Shown here piece after piece: positions 38,050-48,323 of a DNA stretch of 63,708 bases (its first letter is position 1; every line of letters starts with the position of its first letter). The stretch lies in sequence record SRR31156797_886. One strand, 5' to 3'. The translations under genes were made by a program, and so were the position numbers. The notes under the pieces are model-generated. The model ran no database searches. It saw only the letters and a list, made by a program, of their open reading frames with translations, and was not told the DNA's origin.

Positions 38050-38235
38050 GGTTTTCAAAAGTTCGGATAACCAACGAACCAATTTACTATATCTTGTAAA
38101 TTTCTTCAACAATAGCCAGATTAGCAATAATAAAATTTAACTGTTCAATATGGATACTGAAATGCAATTGATAAGCGTAAAAAACCACAAGTCTCAACAG
38201 ATTTGATTAATTTCACAATTCAAAATTTATCTTCA

Positions 38236-38760
38236 ATGCAGCCACTTTTCAGGTCAGGATTGTTTTTATTACTGATAATCTCATCATTCCCCATTTTTGG
38301 ACAACAATACCTGGTTGTTCAGAAATTGGGCAAAGTGAAAAACTTTAAATATGAAGTCGGTGACGAAATCATGATTACCACAAGGAAAGGAGAATTAAAT
38401 GTCAACGGAGAGATCACCAAAATTTCTGATACCTCCGTTACCATTAATTCCTATGTTGAAGTCGGTTTTAGCAATGTAGCGACAGTGCTCAGGCCGAGAA
38501 GATATTTTACAAAACTTTCGAAGCTATTTTTTATCAGAGGGGGAATAGCCTACATTACCATTGTTGGGATCAACGGCCTCATCAACAACGACAGCCCGCT
38601 CATCGACGAACAAACCCTGGCCATTTCGGCTACAATGGTCGCCATAGGGTTTGCCATGAAGCCCTTTTATCTCCGCAAACTGGATACGATAGGAAAGTGG
38701 AAATTAAAAGTAATCGACTTTGAAAATATCCCTCTTGAGGAGGGTCAGAATGGCATATGA
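38236..38760 (+). CDS. Hypothetical exported/membrane protein
   Basis: Signal peptide, small beta domain (YEVGDEI...GEITKISDTS), two C-terminal hydrophobic segments. Confidence 0.7.
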   Translation: MQPLFRSGLFLLLIISSFPIFGQQYLVVQKLGKVKNFKYEVGDEIMITTRKGELNVNGEITKISDTSVTINSYVEVGFSNVATVLRPRRYFTKLSKLFFIRGGIAYITIVGINGLINNDSPLIDEQTLAISATMVAIGFAMKPFYLRKLDTIGKWKLKVIDFENIPLEEGQNGI

Positions 38761-38786
38761 TTAATCTGTAATTGCTGATTACCGGG

Positions 38787-39599
38787 CTATAATTTATTTA
38801 TCATGCCCAGCATCAGCTCTGCCATCAGGGGTTCCACATGGCTGGCCGCATCAATAACTGCATCATGGCTGATGTATTCAATCTTGCCTTCGACACCCAG
38901 GTCGGAAATCACCGAAACGGCAAAACATGACAATCCCATATGCCGGGCTACAATGGCCTCAGGTACGGTTGACATTCCAACTGCATCAGCGCCGATTATT
39001 CTGATATATTTATATTCAGCCAGCGTTTCGTAATTTGGACCTGTAACGGCTGCATATACACCTTTCCTTATTTCAAGTTTCTTTTCAGCAGCAACTTCTT
39101 CGGCCAGCCTGATCAATTTGGCGTCATACACTTCACTCATATCCGGAAAACGTGGCCCTAATTTTTCATCATTCTTCCCGATCAGCGGATTCTGCCCGGT
39201 AAGGTTGATGTGATCGTTGATGATCATCATATCCCCGACCCTGAAATTTGGATTGGTTCCGCCACTGGCATTCGATAGAAACAAATGCTTTATCCCCAGC
39301 AATTTAAGCACCCTTACCGGAAAAGTAACTTCCTGCATGGAATAGCCCTCGTAATAGTGAAATCGCCCTTTAAGCGCTGCTACTTTTTTGCCGTTGATAT
39401 GACCAAGAATCAACATTCCGTGGTGACCCTTCACAGTAGAAACCGGAAAGTTTGGGATATCCGAATAGGCAATGCTTTGTTCTACCTCAATATGGTTGAT
39501 GAAATTTCCAAGACCTGTTCCCAGAACGATTCCCAGGTCAGGCTTAAAATTTGCTTTTTTATTTATAAACGCTACTGTCTCCTGTAGTTTCCCGTACAT
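38787..39599 (-). CDS. punA: Purine-nucleoside phosphorylase (trimeric type)
   Basis: IVLGTGLG, STVKGH, GRFHYYEGY, SNASGG, GPRFPDMS, GPNYET, VGMSTVPE. Confidence 0.93.
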   Translation of the reverse strand: MYGKLQETVAFINKKANFKPDLGIVLGTGLGNFINHIEVEQSIAYSDIPNFPVSTVKGHHGMLILGHINGKKVAALKGRFHYYEGYSMQEVTFPVRVLKLLGIKHLFLSNASGGTNPNFRVGDMMIINDHINLTGQNPLIGKNDEKLGPRFPDMSEVYDAKLIRLAEEVAAEKKLEIRKGVYAAVTGPNYETLAEYKYIRIIGADAVGMSTVPEAIVARHMGLSCFAVSVISDLGVEGKIEYISHDAVIDAASHVEPLMAELMLGMINKL

Positions 39600-40635
39600 A
39601 AGTTTTTATTTGATCATTAAAATCTTTTCTGAATTCTTTGTGGATTTTGGCCTGGATCGGGATATAATATATGGGCAGCCCCTGCAATTCGTTCGGAATT
39701 TTAGGAATGGCAATGCGCATGGCATCCTTTTCTGTGGTGATGATGATTTTATTTTGGGTAAAAATGCTTTCGAATTTCTTTCGGATATTTGCGTAATCAC
39801 CTGAGGTATATTTATGATGATCTTTAAACTTAAGTTGGAAAAGGTGATTGCACATCTTTTGCACATGATCTTTAAGTGGATACACATTTGCTATTCCTGC
39901 AAATAAAAGTACTGAACTTAAATCGCCACGGGGAGCATCAAGATCCAAACCCGGCAAAGGCGTTACAGGTCCGTATTTTATGGTTGAAAAATATACCTTT
40001 TGATGGTCTCTGGGTTTGATGAGGCCGTTAATGCGGCGCACAGTTATCGGGGAAAGCACACTTGGTGTTTTGGTAACAACGATGATATCGGCTCTCCTGG
40101 CACCGTGGCGAAATTCACGCAAAGTGCCAACCGGAAATGGATAGTCATCAGGATAGAGCTTATGAAAATCGGTAAGTAAAATGGATAAGCCTGGTTTCAG
40201 TGAACGGTGTTGAAAAGCATCATCCAAAAGAATAACATCCGTTTCAGGAAGCTTTTCATTAATCTTTTTAATCCCGGTAACCCTTCTGCGATCGACCGCA
40301 ACAGTTAGCTTCGGAAATTTTTTACTGATCTGCAGCGGCTCATCACCAATATCCTTAGCTGTGGAATCCTGATCAGCGAACTTGAATCCACTGGTTTCAC
40401 GCTTATATCCACGACTTAAAACTGCTAATTTAAAATCTTTTGAAAGCAATGAAATCAGGTACTCCACATGAGGTGTTTTACCAGTGCCACCCATACTCAG
40501 GTTACCTACGGATATCACCGGGAAATTGAATCGTGTGGACTTACAAATCCCCCAGTCATAGCATTTGTTTCTAACAAAAGCTATGAGCCCATATAGTAAC
40601 GCAAATGGAAATAAAAGGAATAGTAAAACTCTCAC
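39559..40635 (-). CDS. lpxK: Tetraacyldisaccharide 4'-kinase
   Basis: VGNLSMGGTGKTP, LSRGY, GDEP, LDDAFQH, GTLRE, F.DHH.Y, TTEKD. Confidence 0.95.
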   Translation of the reverse strand: MRVLLFLLFPFALLYGLIAFVRNKCYDWGICKSTRFNFPVISVGNLSMGGTGKTPHVEYLISLLSKDFKLAVLSRGYKRETSGFKFADQDSTAKDIGDEPLQISKKFPKLTVAVDRRRVTGIKKINEKLPETDVILLDDAFQHRSLKPGLSILLTDFHKLYPDDYPFPVGTLREFRHGARRADIIVVTKTPSVLSPITVRRINGLIKPRDHQKVYFSTIKYGPVTPLPGLDLDAPRGDLSSVLLFAGIANVYPLKDHVQKMCNHLFQLKFKDHHKYTSGDYANIRKKFESIFTQNKIIITTEKDAMRIAIPKIPNELQGLPIYYIPIQAKIHKEFRKDFNDQIKTYVRETTGDSSVYK

Positions 40636-40717
40636 CAGTGTACCCTGTATTATTTATTTAATATCTAAACGCAAAACTCGTCTAATTTATTCAAAAACAG
40701 TAATAAATCGTATGTTT

Positions 40718-41119
40718 TCAGTCCATTTTTTGCTTCAGGTTTGCCGTTAATATATTCACAAAATTCGTTAACGGCCTCCTTGCCATCATTTCCACCAACG
40801 GATTCATCTCGGTTCTAATTTCGAAGTGCCCGCTAATTACCTGATCTCCATCGGTATTGAAGTGAAACAGCAGCGTAAAATCAACTTTAGATTGATCGGT
40901 TGACTCGAATTTGAATGCTCCATGCGGCTTGGATTCGCTGATTTGCATACCCAGTTTGCCCAGGTTTTTGATCGTGAAAGAACATGATGGCTTTTCTGCA
41001 TTCCAATCCTCAATCTGTTCCGGCATGATATTCCTGAAATTTTGCATATCACTCATGAACTTGTTGAGTTCTGCAACATTTATCTGAAATTCTGTTTTAT
41101 CTGCAGCAATATTTGTCAT
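40718..41119 (-). CDS. Hypothetical SRPBCC-like protein typically found next to pyrE in Bacteroidota
   Basis: NF...MPEQI..W, NP...MM...PL.NF pattern; co-oriented downstream of pyrE. Confidence 0.65.
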   Translation of the reverse strand: MTNIAADKTEFQINVAELNKFMSDMQNFRNIMPEQIEDWNAEKPSCSFTIKNLGKLGMQISESKPHGAFKFESTDQSKVDFTLLFHFNTDGDQVISGHFEIRTEMNPLVEMMARRPLTNFVNILTANLKQKMD

Positions 41120-41131
41120 CCTGATTTCAAC

Positions 41132-41773
41132 TTATTTACCCCAATCTTTAGGATTTTCGCGCCATTTTTTCAGATTTATTAAATCTTCTTCCCTGATATA
41201 CTCATCTGCAACTGCCTGATTTAACAAGTGGTTATAATCCGAAAGGGTATAATAAATGCATTTTGCCTTTTTAAAGCTATCCCCGGCCACATCAAATCCA
41301 TAGCTAAAAATAGCAATGAGCCCTTTAACGTTAGCCCCTGCATCCCGCAATGCTTCTACAGCACTCAGGCTGCTTCCGCCTGTCGAGATCAAATCCTCCA
41401 CAACAATCACACTTTGCCCGGATTCAATCACACCCTCAATGCGGTTTGAAAGCCCATGGTCTTTTTTAGAAGACCTGACATAAGCAAAAGGTAGACCCAG
41501 ATCCTGTGCAACCAGTGCACCATGTGCAATGCCCCCGGTTGCCACGCCGGCCACCACATCTACATTACCAAATTCATCAGTAATGATTTGCACAAATTGT
41601 TGCCTGATATAATTACGTATCGAAGGATACGAAAGGGTAATCCGGCTATCGCAATAAATGGGCGACTTCCACCCGGATGCCCATGTAAACGGCTTCTTAA
41701 GGTCCAGTTTTATAGCCTTAATCTGTAACAGGCTTTCTGCTATTTTGAGCGCTGTTTCCTCTTTTGCAATCAT
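41132..41773 (-). CDS. pyrE: Orotate phosphoribosyltransferase
   Basis: FTWASGWKSPIYCD, VVEDLISTGGS PRPP motif. Confidence 0.95.
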   Translation of the reverse strand: MIAKEETALKIAESLLQIKAIKLDLKKPFTWASGWKSPIYCDSRITLSYPSIRNYIRQQFVQIITDEFGNVDVVAGVATGGIAHGALVAQDLGLPFAYVRSSKKDHGLSNRIEGVIESGQSVIVVEDLISTGGSSLSAVEALRDAGANVKGLIAIFSYGFDVAGDSFKKAKCIYYTLSDYNHLLNQAVADEYIREEDLINLKKWRENPKDWGK

Positions 41774-41807
41774 TTTCTGATGGTTTTAGTTAGGGATTAG
41801 TGCTTGA

Positions 41808-42311
41808 CTAAACTTTGAACTCAAATTTCACATCTGACAAATCCTCGTTGGCTTTAATGATTTTTTGCTTTAGGCTTTCTTTGAAATCCACAACACGCTT
41901 CGCCAGTTCATCGTCGGCATTGGATAATATTTGAGCAGCAAGTATTCCGGCGTTTCGGGCACCATTGATAGCAACTGTTGCAACTGGTATTCCCGGAGGC
42001 ATTTGTACGATAGCAAGCAAAGAATCCAGGCCATCGAGCGAAGCTTTGATCGGAACTCCAATAACAGGTAAGGGTGTCATTGCCGCAATAACTCCGGGTA
42101 AATGTGCGGCCATACCTGCACCTGCAATAATAACCCCAATGCCCCGTTCGCGGGCTGATTTGGCAAATTCTTCAACTTTTTCAGGAGTGCGGTGAGCTGA
42201 AAGTGCATTCATTTCAAAAGGAATTTTCAACTCATCAAGCACTTTTGCAGCACCTTCCATGACAGGCAAATCTGATGTACTGCCCATTATAATACTAACT
42301 CTTGGATTCAT
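41808..42311 (-). CDS. purE: N5-carboxyaminoimidazole ribonucleotide mutase
   Basis: IMGSTSD, SAHRTP, AGAGMAAHLPG, QMPPGIPVATV. Confidence 0.96.
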   Translation of the reverse strand: MNPRVSIIMGSTSDLPVMEGAAKVLDELKIPFEMNALSAHRTPEKVEEFAKSARERGIGVIIAGAGMAAHLPGVIAAMTPLPVIGVPIKASLDGLDSLLAIVQMPPGIPVATVAINGARNAGILAAQILSNADDELAKRVVDFKESLKQKIIKANEDLSDVKFEFKV

Positions 42312-42338
42312 TTGAATATCAGTTTAAAATGTGGAGCG

Positions 42339-42390
42339 CAAAATTAATACTTCTGTGAGATTTTGAGGTTTACATTAAGGGTTATCTTTG
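42339..42390. promoter_or_regulatory. Divergent purE/hpt -7 boxes
   Basis: TAATTTTG on the minus strand (42339-42346) and TATCTTTG on the plus strand (42383-42390). Confidence 0.55.
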
Positions 42391-42560
42391 CAAAATTATT
42401 AATAGTGGTTGCGCATGAAGTCTGATATCATTGTTTCTGCTAACTTTACAATACGCGATTACTAAAGTAAAACTCGCATCTTAAAAAATTACAAATTGTA
42501 TTTGCGAACACGCTGAGTCAATCATCACATTGAAACCACAGACAGTAAATATTTACAGCT

Positions 42561-43097
42561 ATGAAAGAAATAACTCTGCATGATAAAACCTTTGAGGTTT
42601 TCCTGAGCAAGGAAAAAATTAACAAGGTTATCGATAAAATGGCTGCCGACATAGCCAGAGATGTCAGGGATAAAAATCCTCTTTTCCTGGTAGTACTCAA
42701 TGGTGCATTTATGTTTGCCGCCGATCTGCTCAAACGATTTGATTATAATTGTGAAATCTCATTTGTAAAACTTTCATCTTATGTAGGTACACAAACCACT
42801 TCCGTTGTAAGGGAAATTATTGGCCTGGATGAAGTACTTCATGACCGTACCGTTATCATCATCGAGGATATTATTGATACGGGTATTACCATGTCGAACA
42901 CAATCCCAAAGCTCAAAAAGCTTGAAGCCAAAGAGGTAAAACTGGCCACATTGCTTTTTAAACCCGATGCATTCCAGAAAGACTATAAAATTGATTATAT
43001 CGGGATGAAGATACCCAACGATTTTATTGTGGGGTACGGTCTTGATTATGATGGCCTGGGCCGGAATTATCCCGATATTTACCAGCTTAAAGCATAG
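42561..43097 (+). CDS. hpt: Hypoxanthine phosphoribosyltransferase
   Basis: LNGAFMFAADL, SSY, IIEDIIDTG, FIVGYGLDY. Confidence 0.95.
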   Translation: MKEITLHDKTFEVFLSKEKINKVIDKMAADIARDVRDKNPLFLVVLNGAFMFAADLLKRFDYNCEISFVKLSSYVGTQTTSVVREIIGLDEVLHDRTVIIIEDIIDTGITMSNTIPKLKKLEAKEVKLATLLFKPDAFQKDYKIDYIGMKIPNDFIVGYGLDYDGLGRNYPDIYQLKA

Positions 43098-43134
43098 CAT
43101 TTCTGCGAAAAGCAGTTCAATTATTTAAAAAATT

Positions 43135-44139
43135 ATGGGTAACTCCAATTTTGTTGATTATGTAAAGATTAATTGCCGGACGGGCGCCGGGGGTGCCGGA
43201 TCTACGCATTTTCACCGTTCTCGTATGAACCCCAGGGGTGGCCCCGATGGCGGTGATGGTGGAAGAGGTGGTCATATCGTCGTTAGAGGAAACAAACAAA
43301 TGTGGACCTTGCTGCACTTAAAGTACACCAAACATGTTATAGCCGAGCGGGGTGAAAATGGTGCCGGACAGCTCAAAACCGGAGCCAACGGCAAAGATGT
43401 CATCCTGCAGGTACCCTTAGGAACTGTGGCCCGCGATTTCGAAACTGGTGAGGTGGAATTTGAAATTACCGAACACGGCGAAGAGCGGATTTTACTCTCC
43501 GGCGGTCGCGGTGGAAAAGGCAATGATCATTTTAAATCGCCAACCATGCAAGCACCAAAATTTGCCCAGCCCGGAGAAGATGGTCAGGAGAAATGGAAAA
43601 TTCTTGAACTCAAGCTTTTGGCTGATGTTGGACTGGTGGGTTTCCCAAATGCCGGAAAATCAACACTACTTTCGGTATTATCGGCTGCTAAACCACAAAT
43701 TGCCGACTATCCATTTACCACGCTAAGGCCAAATCTGGGGATTGTTGGCTATTACGATCACAAGTCATTCATCATGGCTGATATCCCCGGTATCATCGAA
43801 GGAGCTCATGAGGGAAAAGGACTTGGTTTGCGATTTTTGCGCCACATCGAACGTAACTCGATTTTGCTTTTTATGGTGCCTGCAGATGCCAACGACATCA
43901 ATAAGGAATACCATATCCTGCGCAACGAGCTTAAAAACTACAACCCGGAATTGCTCGACAAATCGCACATCCTGGCCATCACAAAGTCAGATATGCTTGA
44001 TGAGGAATTGACAGATGAGATTAAACCCGAATTGCCAAATGTTCCTTACCTGTTCATTTCATCTGTAGCCAACCAGGGCCTCCAAAAATTAAAGGACATG
44101 ATTTGGAAAGAGCTCAATAAAACCGAAAGCGAATTTTAA
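43135..44139 (+). CDS. obgE: GTPase ObgE/CgtA
   Basis: [53 protein letters not shown]. Confidence 0.96.
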   Translation: MGNSNFVDYVKINCRTGAGGAGSTHFHRSRMNPRGGPDGGDGGRGGHIVVRGNKQMWTLLHLKYTKHVIAERGENGAGQLKTGANGKDVILQVPLGTVARDFETGEVEFEITEHGEERILLSGGRGGKGNDHFKSPTMQAPKFAQPGEDGQEKWKILELKLLADVGLVGFPNAGKSTLLSVLSAAKPQIADYPFTTLRPNLGIVGYYDHKSFIMADIPGIIEGAHEGKGLGLRFLRHIERNSILLFMVPADANDINKEYHILRNELKNYNPELLDKSHILAITKSDMLDEELTDEIKPELPNVPYLFISSVANQGLQKLKDMIWKELNKTESEF

Positions 44140-44160
44140 TTTAAGCATTATCCCAAAGTT

Positions 44161-44730
44161 TTGATTGAAACACTGCATCAAATCGATACCGAAATCTTCC
44201 TGTTTTTAAACGGGCTTCACAATCATGTATTCGATTTTCTGATGTACTGGATCAGCGACAAGCTGATCTGGATACCGATGTATGTGCTATTTTTGTATCT
44301 GATCATCAGAAAATTTAAGCACAAGTCATGGCTGATCCTGCTGCTGATTGCCGCAACCATTATGGCCAGTGATCAGCTAACGGTTTTCTTGAAAAACTTT
44401 TTTGAGAGGCCCAGGCCCTGCCACGACGAATCCCTAAAACTGCTGGTCCACACCGTGAAAGATGTATGTGGCGGGCCTTATGGATTTGTTTCATCTCACG
44501 CGGGAAACTCATTTGCCCTGGCTACATTTCTAATCCCTTTTTTTAAGCCTTTCTATAAGCGATTTGCTGTATTCATCATCATTTGGGCAGTGCTGGTTTC
44601 GTATTCACGCATCTATCTTGGGGTGCATTTTCCGGGTGATGTTGTGGGCGGCGCTATCATTGGAGGATTGCTTGGATTCCTTTTCTCCCGCATCTATTTC
44701 CTGGTACAGCCCCGCAACCAGAACATTTAA
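44161..44730 (+). CDS. PAP2-family membrane phosphatase
   Basis: K...RPRPCH, SSHA, SRIYLGVHFPGD. Confidence 0.9.
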   Translation: MIETLHQIDTEIFLFLNGLHNHVFDFLMYWISDKLIWIPMYVLFLYLIIRKFKHKSWLILLLIAATIMASDQLTVFLKNFFERPRPCHDESLKLLVHTVKDVCGGPYGFVSSHAGNSFALATFLIPFFKPFYKRFAVFIIIWAVLVSYSRIYLGVHFPGDVVGGAIIGGLLGFLFSRIYFLVQPRNQNI

Positions 44731-44828
44731 CCACAAAGTTCGTTTATGCCATGTTGGCAGCGCAAAAGCCAAACCTGAATATTTAGCAGGTTTTGATTAG
44801 TTTTGTACAAAAATTTTGAAACAGATTC

Positions 44829-46055
44829 ATGGAAATTCAAGCCATAAAACAAAGATTTGGGATCATAGGAAATAACCCTGAACTCAACCGTTCCATTGAT
44901 ATTGCCATGCAGGTGGCTCCTACCGACCTTACGGTATTAATAACCGGTGAAAGTGGAACCGGAAAAGAGGTGTTTCCCAAAATTATACATCAGCTGAGTG
45001 CACGAAAACACGGAACTTACATTGCGGTTAACTGCGGGGCTATTCCCGAAGGCACCATCGATTCGGAGCTGTTTGGCCACGAAAAAGGATCATTCACAGG
45101 AGCCCACGAATCGCGAAAGGGCTATTTTGAAGTTTCCAATGGTGGCACTATTTTCCTGGATGAAGTAGCCGAATTGCCGCTTTCAACACAGGTAAGGCTG
45201 TTACGCGTGCTGGAATCAGGCGAATTCCTCAAAGTTGGTTCATCGAAAGTAATCAAGACTGATGTTCGCGTAATTGCTGCCACCAATGTGAATATTCCCG
45301 AATCCATTGATCAGGGAAAATTCAGGCAGGACCTGTATTACCGGCTGAGTACAGTGCCTATAAACATTCCACCACTTCGCCAGCGTAAAGAAGACATCCA
45401 TTTGTTGTTTAGAAAATTCGCAACCGACTTTGGTGAAAAATATCGCATGCCTTCACTTCAACTAACCTCTGACGCAGTTGATGCGCTAAACAATTACAGG
45501 TGGGATGGAAATGTGCGCCAGCTTAAAAACATCACCGAACAAATATCTATCATCGAAAGAGAGCGGACCATCAATTCAGAAACCCTCCTGAAATATCTTC
45601 CTGAAGCATACATTCCCAAATTACCGGTTCTTTACGAAAAAGAAAAAGCAAACAAGGATCTTACCGAGCGGGAAATTTTATATAAAATCCTTTTTGACAT
45701 GCGCAAGGATTTAACCGAACTCAAAAAGACGGTTCTTGAGATGATCCAGAAAGGTGACCTGAACGACCTGCAGGAAAGTAATCCACAGCTTGTAAGGAAG
45801 CTGTATCACGACATAAGTAATAGTGTTCAGGAGGATGATCCCGACCTTGAAATCCAAACTGATTTTGAACCCTACCAGGAAGCCACAATCCAGGATACCG
45901 AGGAAGAAGAATCACTATCCATTGCTCAAAAAGAGGCAGATCTGATCAAAAAAGCTTTGGAAAAGCACAAAGGAAAAAGAAAAGCCGCAGCCAATGATCT
46001 CGGAATTTCTGAACGCACACTATATCGCAAAATAAAGGAGTACGATATCAGTTAG
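44829..46055 (+). CDS. Sigma-54-interaction (AAA+) Fis-family transcriptional regulator without a sensory domain
   Basis: GESGTGKE, ELFGHEKGSFTGA, FLDEV, FRQDLYYRL, WDGNVRQL, HTH LGISERTLYRK; -7 box TAGTTTTG at 44798-44805. Confidence 0.92.
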   Translation: MEIQAIKQRFGIIGNNPELNRSIDIAMQVAPTDLTVLITGESGTGKEVFPKIIHQLSARKHGTYIAVNCGAIPEGTIDSELFGHEKGSFTGAHESRKGYFEVSNGGTIFLDEVAELPLSTQVRLLRVLESGEFLKVGSSKVIKTDVRVIAATNVNIPESIDQGKFRQDLYYRLSTVPINIPPLRQRKEDIHLLFRKFATDFGEKYRMPSLQLTSDAVDALNNYRWDGNVRQLKNITEQISIIERERTINSETLLKYLPEAYIPKLPVLYEKEKANKDLTEREILYKILFDMRKDLTELKKTVLEMIQKGDLNDLQESNPQLVRKLYHDISNSVQEDDPDLEIQTDFEPYQEATIQDTEEEESLSIAQKEADLIKKALEKHKGKRKAAANDLGISERTLYRKIKEYDIS

Positions 46056-46064
46056 CAATAGCAG

Positions 46065-46577
46065 ATGATTAAAACAGGACTATACATACTCGCCGGGCTA
46101 ATTTCCATTACGATGGCTGCCTGCTCCATGAGTTACAGCTTCACCGGTGCATCGATTCCCCCGGAAGTAAAAACCATCCAAATAGCCCAGTTCCCAAACA
46201 ATGCCCCATTGGTAAACCCAACCCTCAGCCAGGTATTCACCGATGCGCTCAGGGACAAGTACCAATCACAAACAAGCCTGATCATTGTATCCGATGACGG
46301 TGACCTTATTGTGGAAGGTGAAATTACGGATTACAATACACGCCCTGCAGCCATCCAAAGTGATGACATTGCGGCTTTAAACCGGCTCACTATCACTGTG
46401 AAGGTAACGTATACCAACAAGTTTGACGAATCGCAAAGCTTTACCAGCAAGACATTTTCGAGGTATGAAGATTATGATAGCTCCTCGGATTTAATTGCAG
46501 TAGCCGATCAACTGGTACCTGTAATTGTTGAAGCACTCGTTGAGGACATTTTCAACCAAACTGTCGTGAACTGGTAG
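46065..46577 (+). CDS. LptE-family lipoprotein
   Basis: Lipobox MAAC, YSFTGASI, GEITDY, RLTITV.V, C-terminal IFN.TV.NW; usual position after the sigma-54 regulator. Confidence 0.8.
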   Translation: MIKTGLYILAGLISITMAACSMSYSFTGASIPPEVKTIQIAQFPNNAPLVNPTLSQVFTDALRDKYQSQTSLIIVSDDGDLIVEGEITDYNTRPAAIQSDDIAALNRLTITVKVTYTNKFDESQSFTSKTFSRYEDYDSSSDLIAVADQLVPVIVEALVEDIFNQTVVNW

Positions 46578-46654
46578 GCTTTTAAACTGTTAACTTAACG
46601 TTACTATTTATATGGATTCTAACGTCAAAATCCTGATATCTTAAAACTAACCAC

Positions 46655-47170
46655 ATGGCGCTCATAAAATCTGTAAAAGGTATTTCTCCTCAAATTGGCA
46701 AAAATGTCTTTCTGGCCGATAACGCGACTGTTGTTGGCGATGTTATCATGGGTGATGATTGCAGTGTTTGGTTCAATGCCGTTGTTCGCGGAGACGTTCA
46801 TTATATCCGCATTGGCCAGCAGGTAAATATCCAGGATGGGGCAATCATCCATTGTACCTATAAAAAAGCACCGGTAAATATTGGGGATAACGTTTCCATA
46901 GCCCACAATGCAATCGTTCATGGTTGCACAATCCACGATAATGTGCTAATTGGGATGGGAGCCATCATCATGGATCATGCTGTGATCGAAAGCAATTCGA
47001 TCATTGCTGCCGGAGCATTGGTTTCAAAGAACACGGTTGTTAAATCAGGCTCAGTATATGCCGGTGTTCCGGCCAAAAAAATCAAAGACATCGACAAGGA
47101 ATTGATGGAAGGCGAAATACAACGTATTGCCGAAAGTTACACCATGTATGCCGGATGGTATAAAGACTGA
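46655..47170 (+). CDS. Gamma carbonic anhydrase family protein
   Basis: Hexapeptide repeats, VRGDV, NIQDG..IH, IAHNAIVHGC, AGVPAK. Confidence 0.92.
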   Translation: MALIKSVKGISPQIGKNVFLADNATVVGDVIMGDDCSVWFNAVVRGDVHYIRIGQQVNIQDGAIIHCTYKKAPVNIGDNVSIAHNAIVHGCTIHDNVLIGMGAIIMDHAVIESNSIIAAGALVSKNTVVKSGSVYAGVPAKKIKDIDKELMEGEIQRIAESYTMYAGWYKD

Positions 47171-47297
47171 TTTTTTCTGCTTTATACCAGGTTATTAAAT
47201 AATTGTTAATTGATAATCAATCAGCAATAAAAGGATTGCCCCTGTTGTTTTTTGATTGATTTTTGTAGTATCTAATGAATTAAAGAAAGGATTAATA

Positions 47298-48323
47298 ATG
47301 AAGAAAATTCGATTAGGCCTGATGGGGTTTGGCGAGATGAATCGTCACCTGTATCGCCTTTGCCTTGAGGACGACCTCGTTGAGGTAGTTGCGATTAGCG
47401 ACATAGGCCGCCCCGAAATTTTAGTTTATCTGCTCAACGTAGAATCTAAACGTGCAAAAGATGATGTTGATGCAAAACTTGAAGGCCATTACCTGCACTC
47501 AAAAAATGGTAAAGCACGATTTGTAACCGGAACCACCCCGGCAGATGTGCCATGGGATGCATTTGATGTTGATGTAGTAGTTGACGGTACCGGTAAATAT
47601 CGCACAAGGGAAGAGATGTCACAGCACCTCGAAGGAGGAGCCAAGCGTGTGATCTTAACTTCGCTTCCTGAAAATGAACTCGACCGTATCGTCATCAAAG
47701 GTGTGAATCATCACCATATGAAAAAATCGGACCGGTTGATCTCAGCAGGTTCATCAACTACCAATGCAACGGCGATAATGCTAAAAATTTTAGACGAAGC
47801 CTTTGGTGTTGATTATTCAATGCTAACCACTGTCCACTCATATACGGCTGATCAGCCATTGCGTGATACTGCAGGAACAGATTTCAGAAGAAGCCGTTCT
47901 GCAGCTGAAAACATCATCCCTAACGAAACTCCAACACCACGTTGGCTTCCGCAAATCATGCCTGAGTTTAAAGGAAGAATTGAAGGTACTGCACTAAATG
48001 TACCGATCCCTGCCGGATCGTTGCTCGACCTGACAGTAGTACTGAAAAACGGTGATGTATCGGTTAAAGATGTTGACGACGCAGTTGAGAAAGCAGCAAA
48101 GAAAATCCCCGGTATCCTCGAAGTAACGGAAGATCCAATTGTTTCGGTTGACGTTGTTGGAAACCGCCACTCAGTGATTTTCGATAAGCAGGCAACCATG
48201 CGCTCAAAAGGTAAAATGCTGAAGGTACTCATCTGGTACCACAACACCCTTGCAATGGCTTCAAGAATTAAAGACCTCATTGTGGAATATCAAAAACTTA
48301 ACGAGGAAGGAGGTTCGAAATGA
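47298..48323 (+). CDS. GAPDH-fold protein lacking catalytic residues (pseudo-enzyme)
   Basis: Full-length GAPDH fold but GFGEMNR, SAGSSTTN (Cys to Ser), NETPTP, LNVP, WYHNT. Start at M15 (47298). Confidence 0.88.
   Translation: MKKIRLGLMGFGEMNRHLYRLCLEDDLVEVVAISDIGRPEILVYLLNVESKRAKDDVDAKLEGHYLHSKNGKARFVTGTTPADVPWDAFDVDVVVDGTGKYRTREEMSQHLEGGAKRVILTSLPENELDRIVIKGVNHHHMKKSDRLISAGSSTTNATAIMLKILDEAFGVDYSMLTTVHSYTADQPLRDTAGTDFRRSRSAAENIIPNETPTPRWLPQIMPEFKGRIEGTALNVPIPAGSLLDLTVVLKNGDVSVKDVDDAVEKAAKKIPGILEVTEDPIVSVDVVGNRHSVIFDKQATMRSKGKMLKVLIWYHNTLAMASRIKDLIVEYQKLNEEGGSK

Noticed and set aside
39559-39599. 41-bp lpxK/punA overlap
   Set aside because: An ordinary operon overlap with no slippery site or frameshift evidence.
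43098-43134. No adk between hpt and obgE, where many Bacteroidota have one
   Set aside because: Simple gene-order variation; no remnant visible, and it cannot be evaluated from this window.
44829-46577. Sigma-54 activator with GSFTGA and no sensory domain, next to lptE
   Set aside because: This variant and gene order are the normal conserved arrangement in Bacteroidota.
47298-48323. Treating the GAPDH-like gene as a pseudogene, an Epd, or a selenoprotein
   Set aside because: The ORF is full length with no frameshift or stop and keeps interface motifs; Epd retains the catalytic Cys; the codon is TCA, not TGA.
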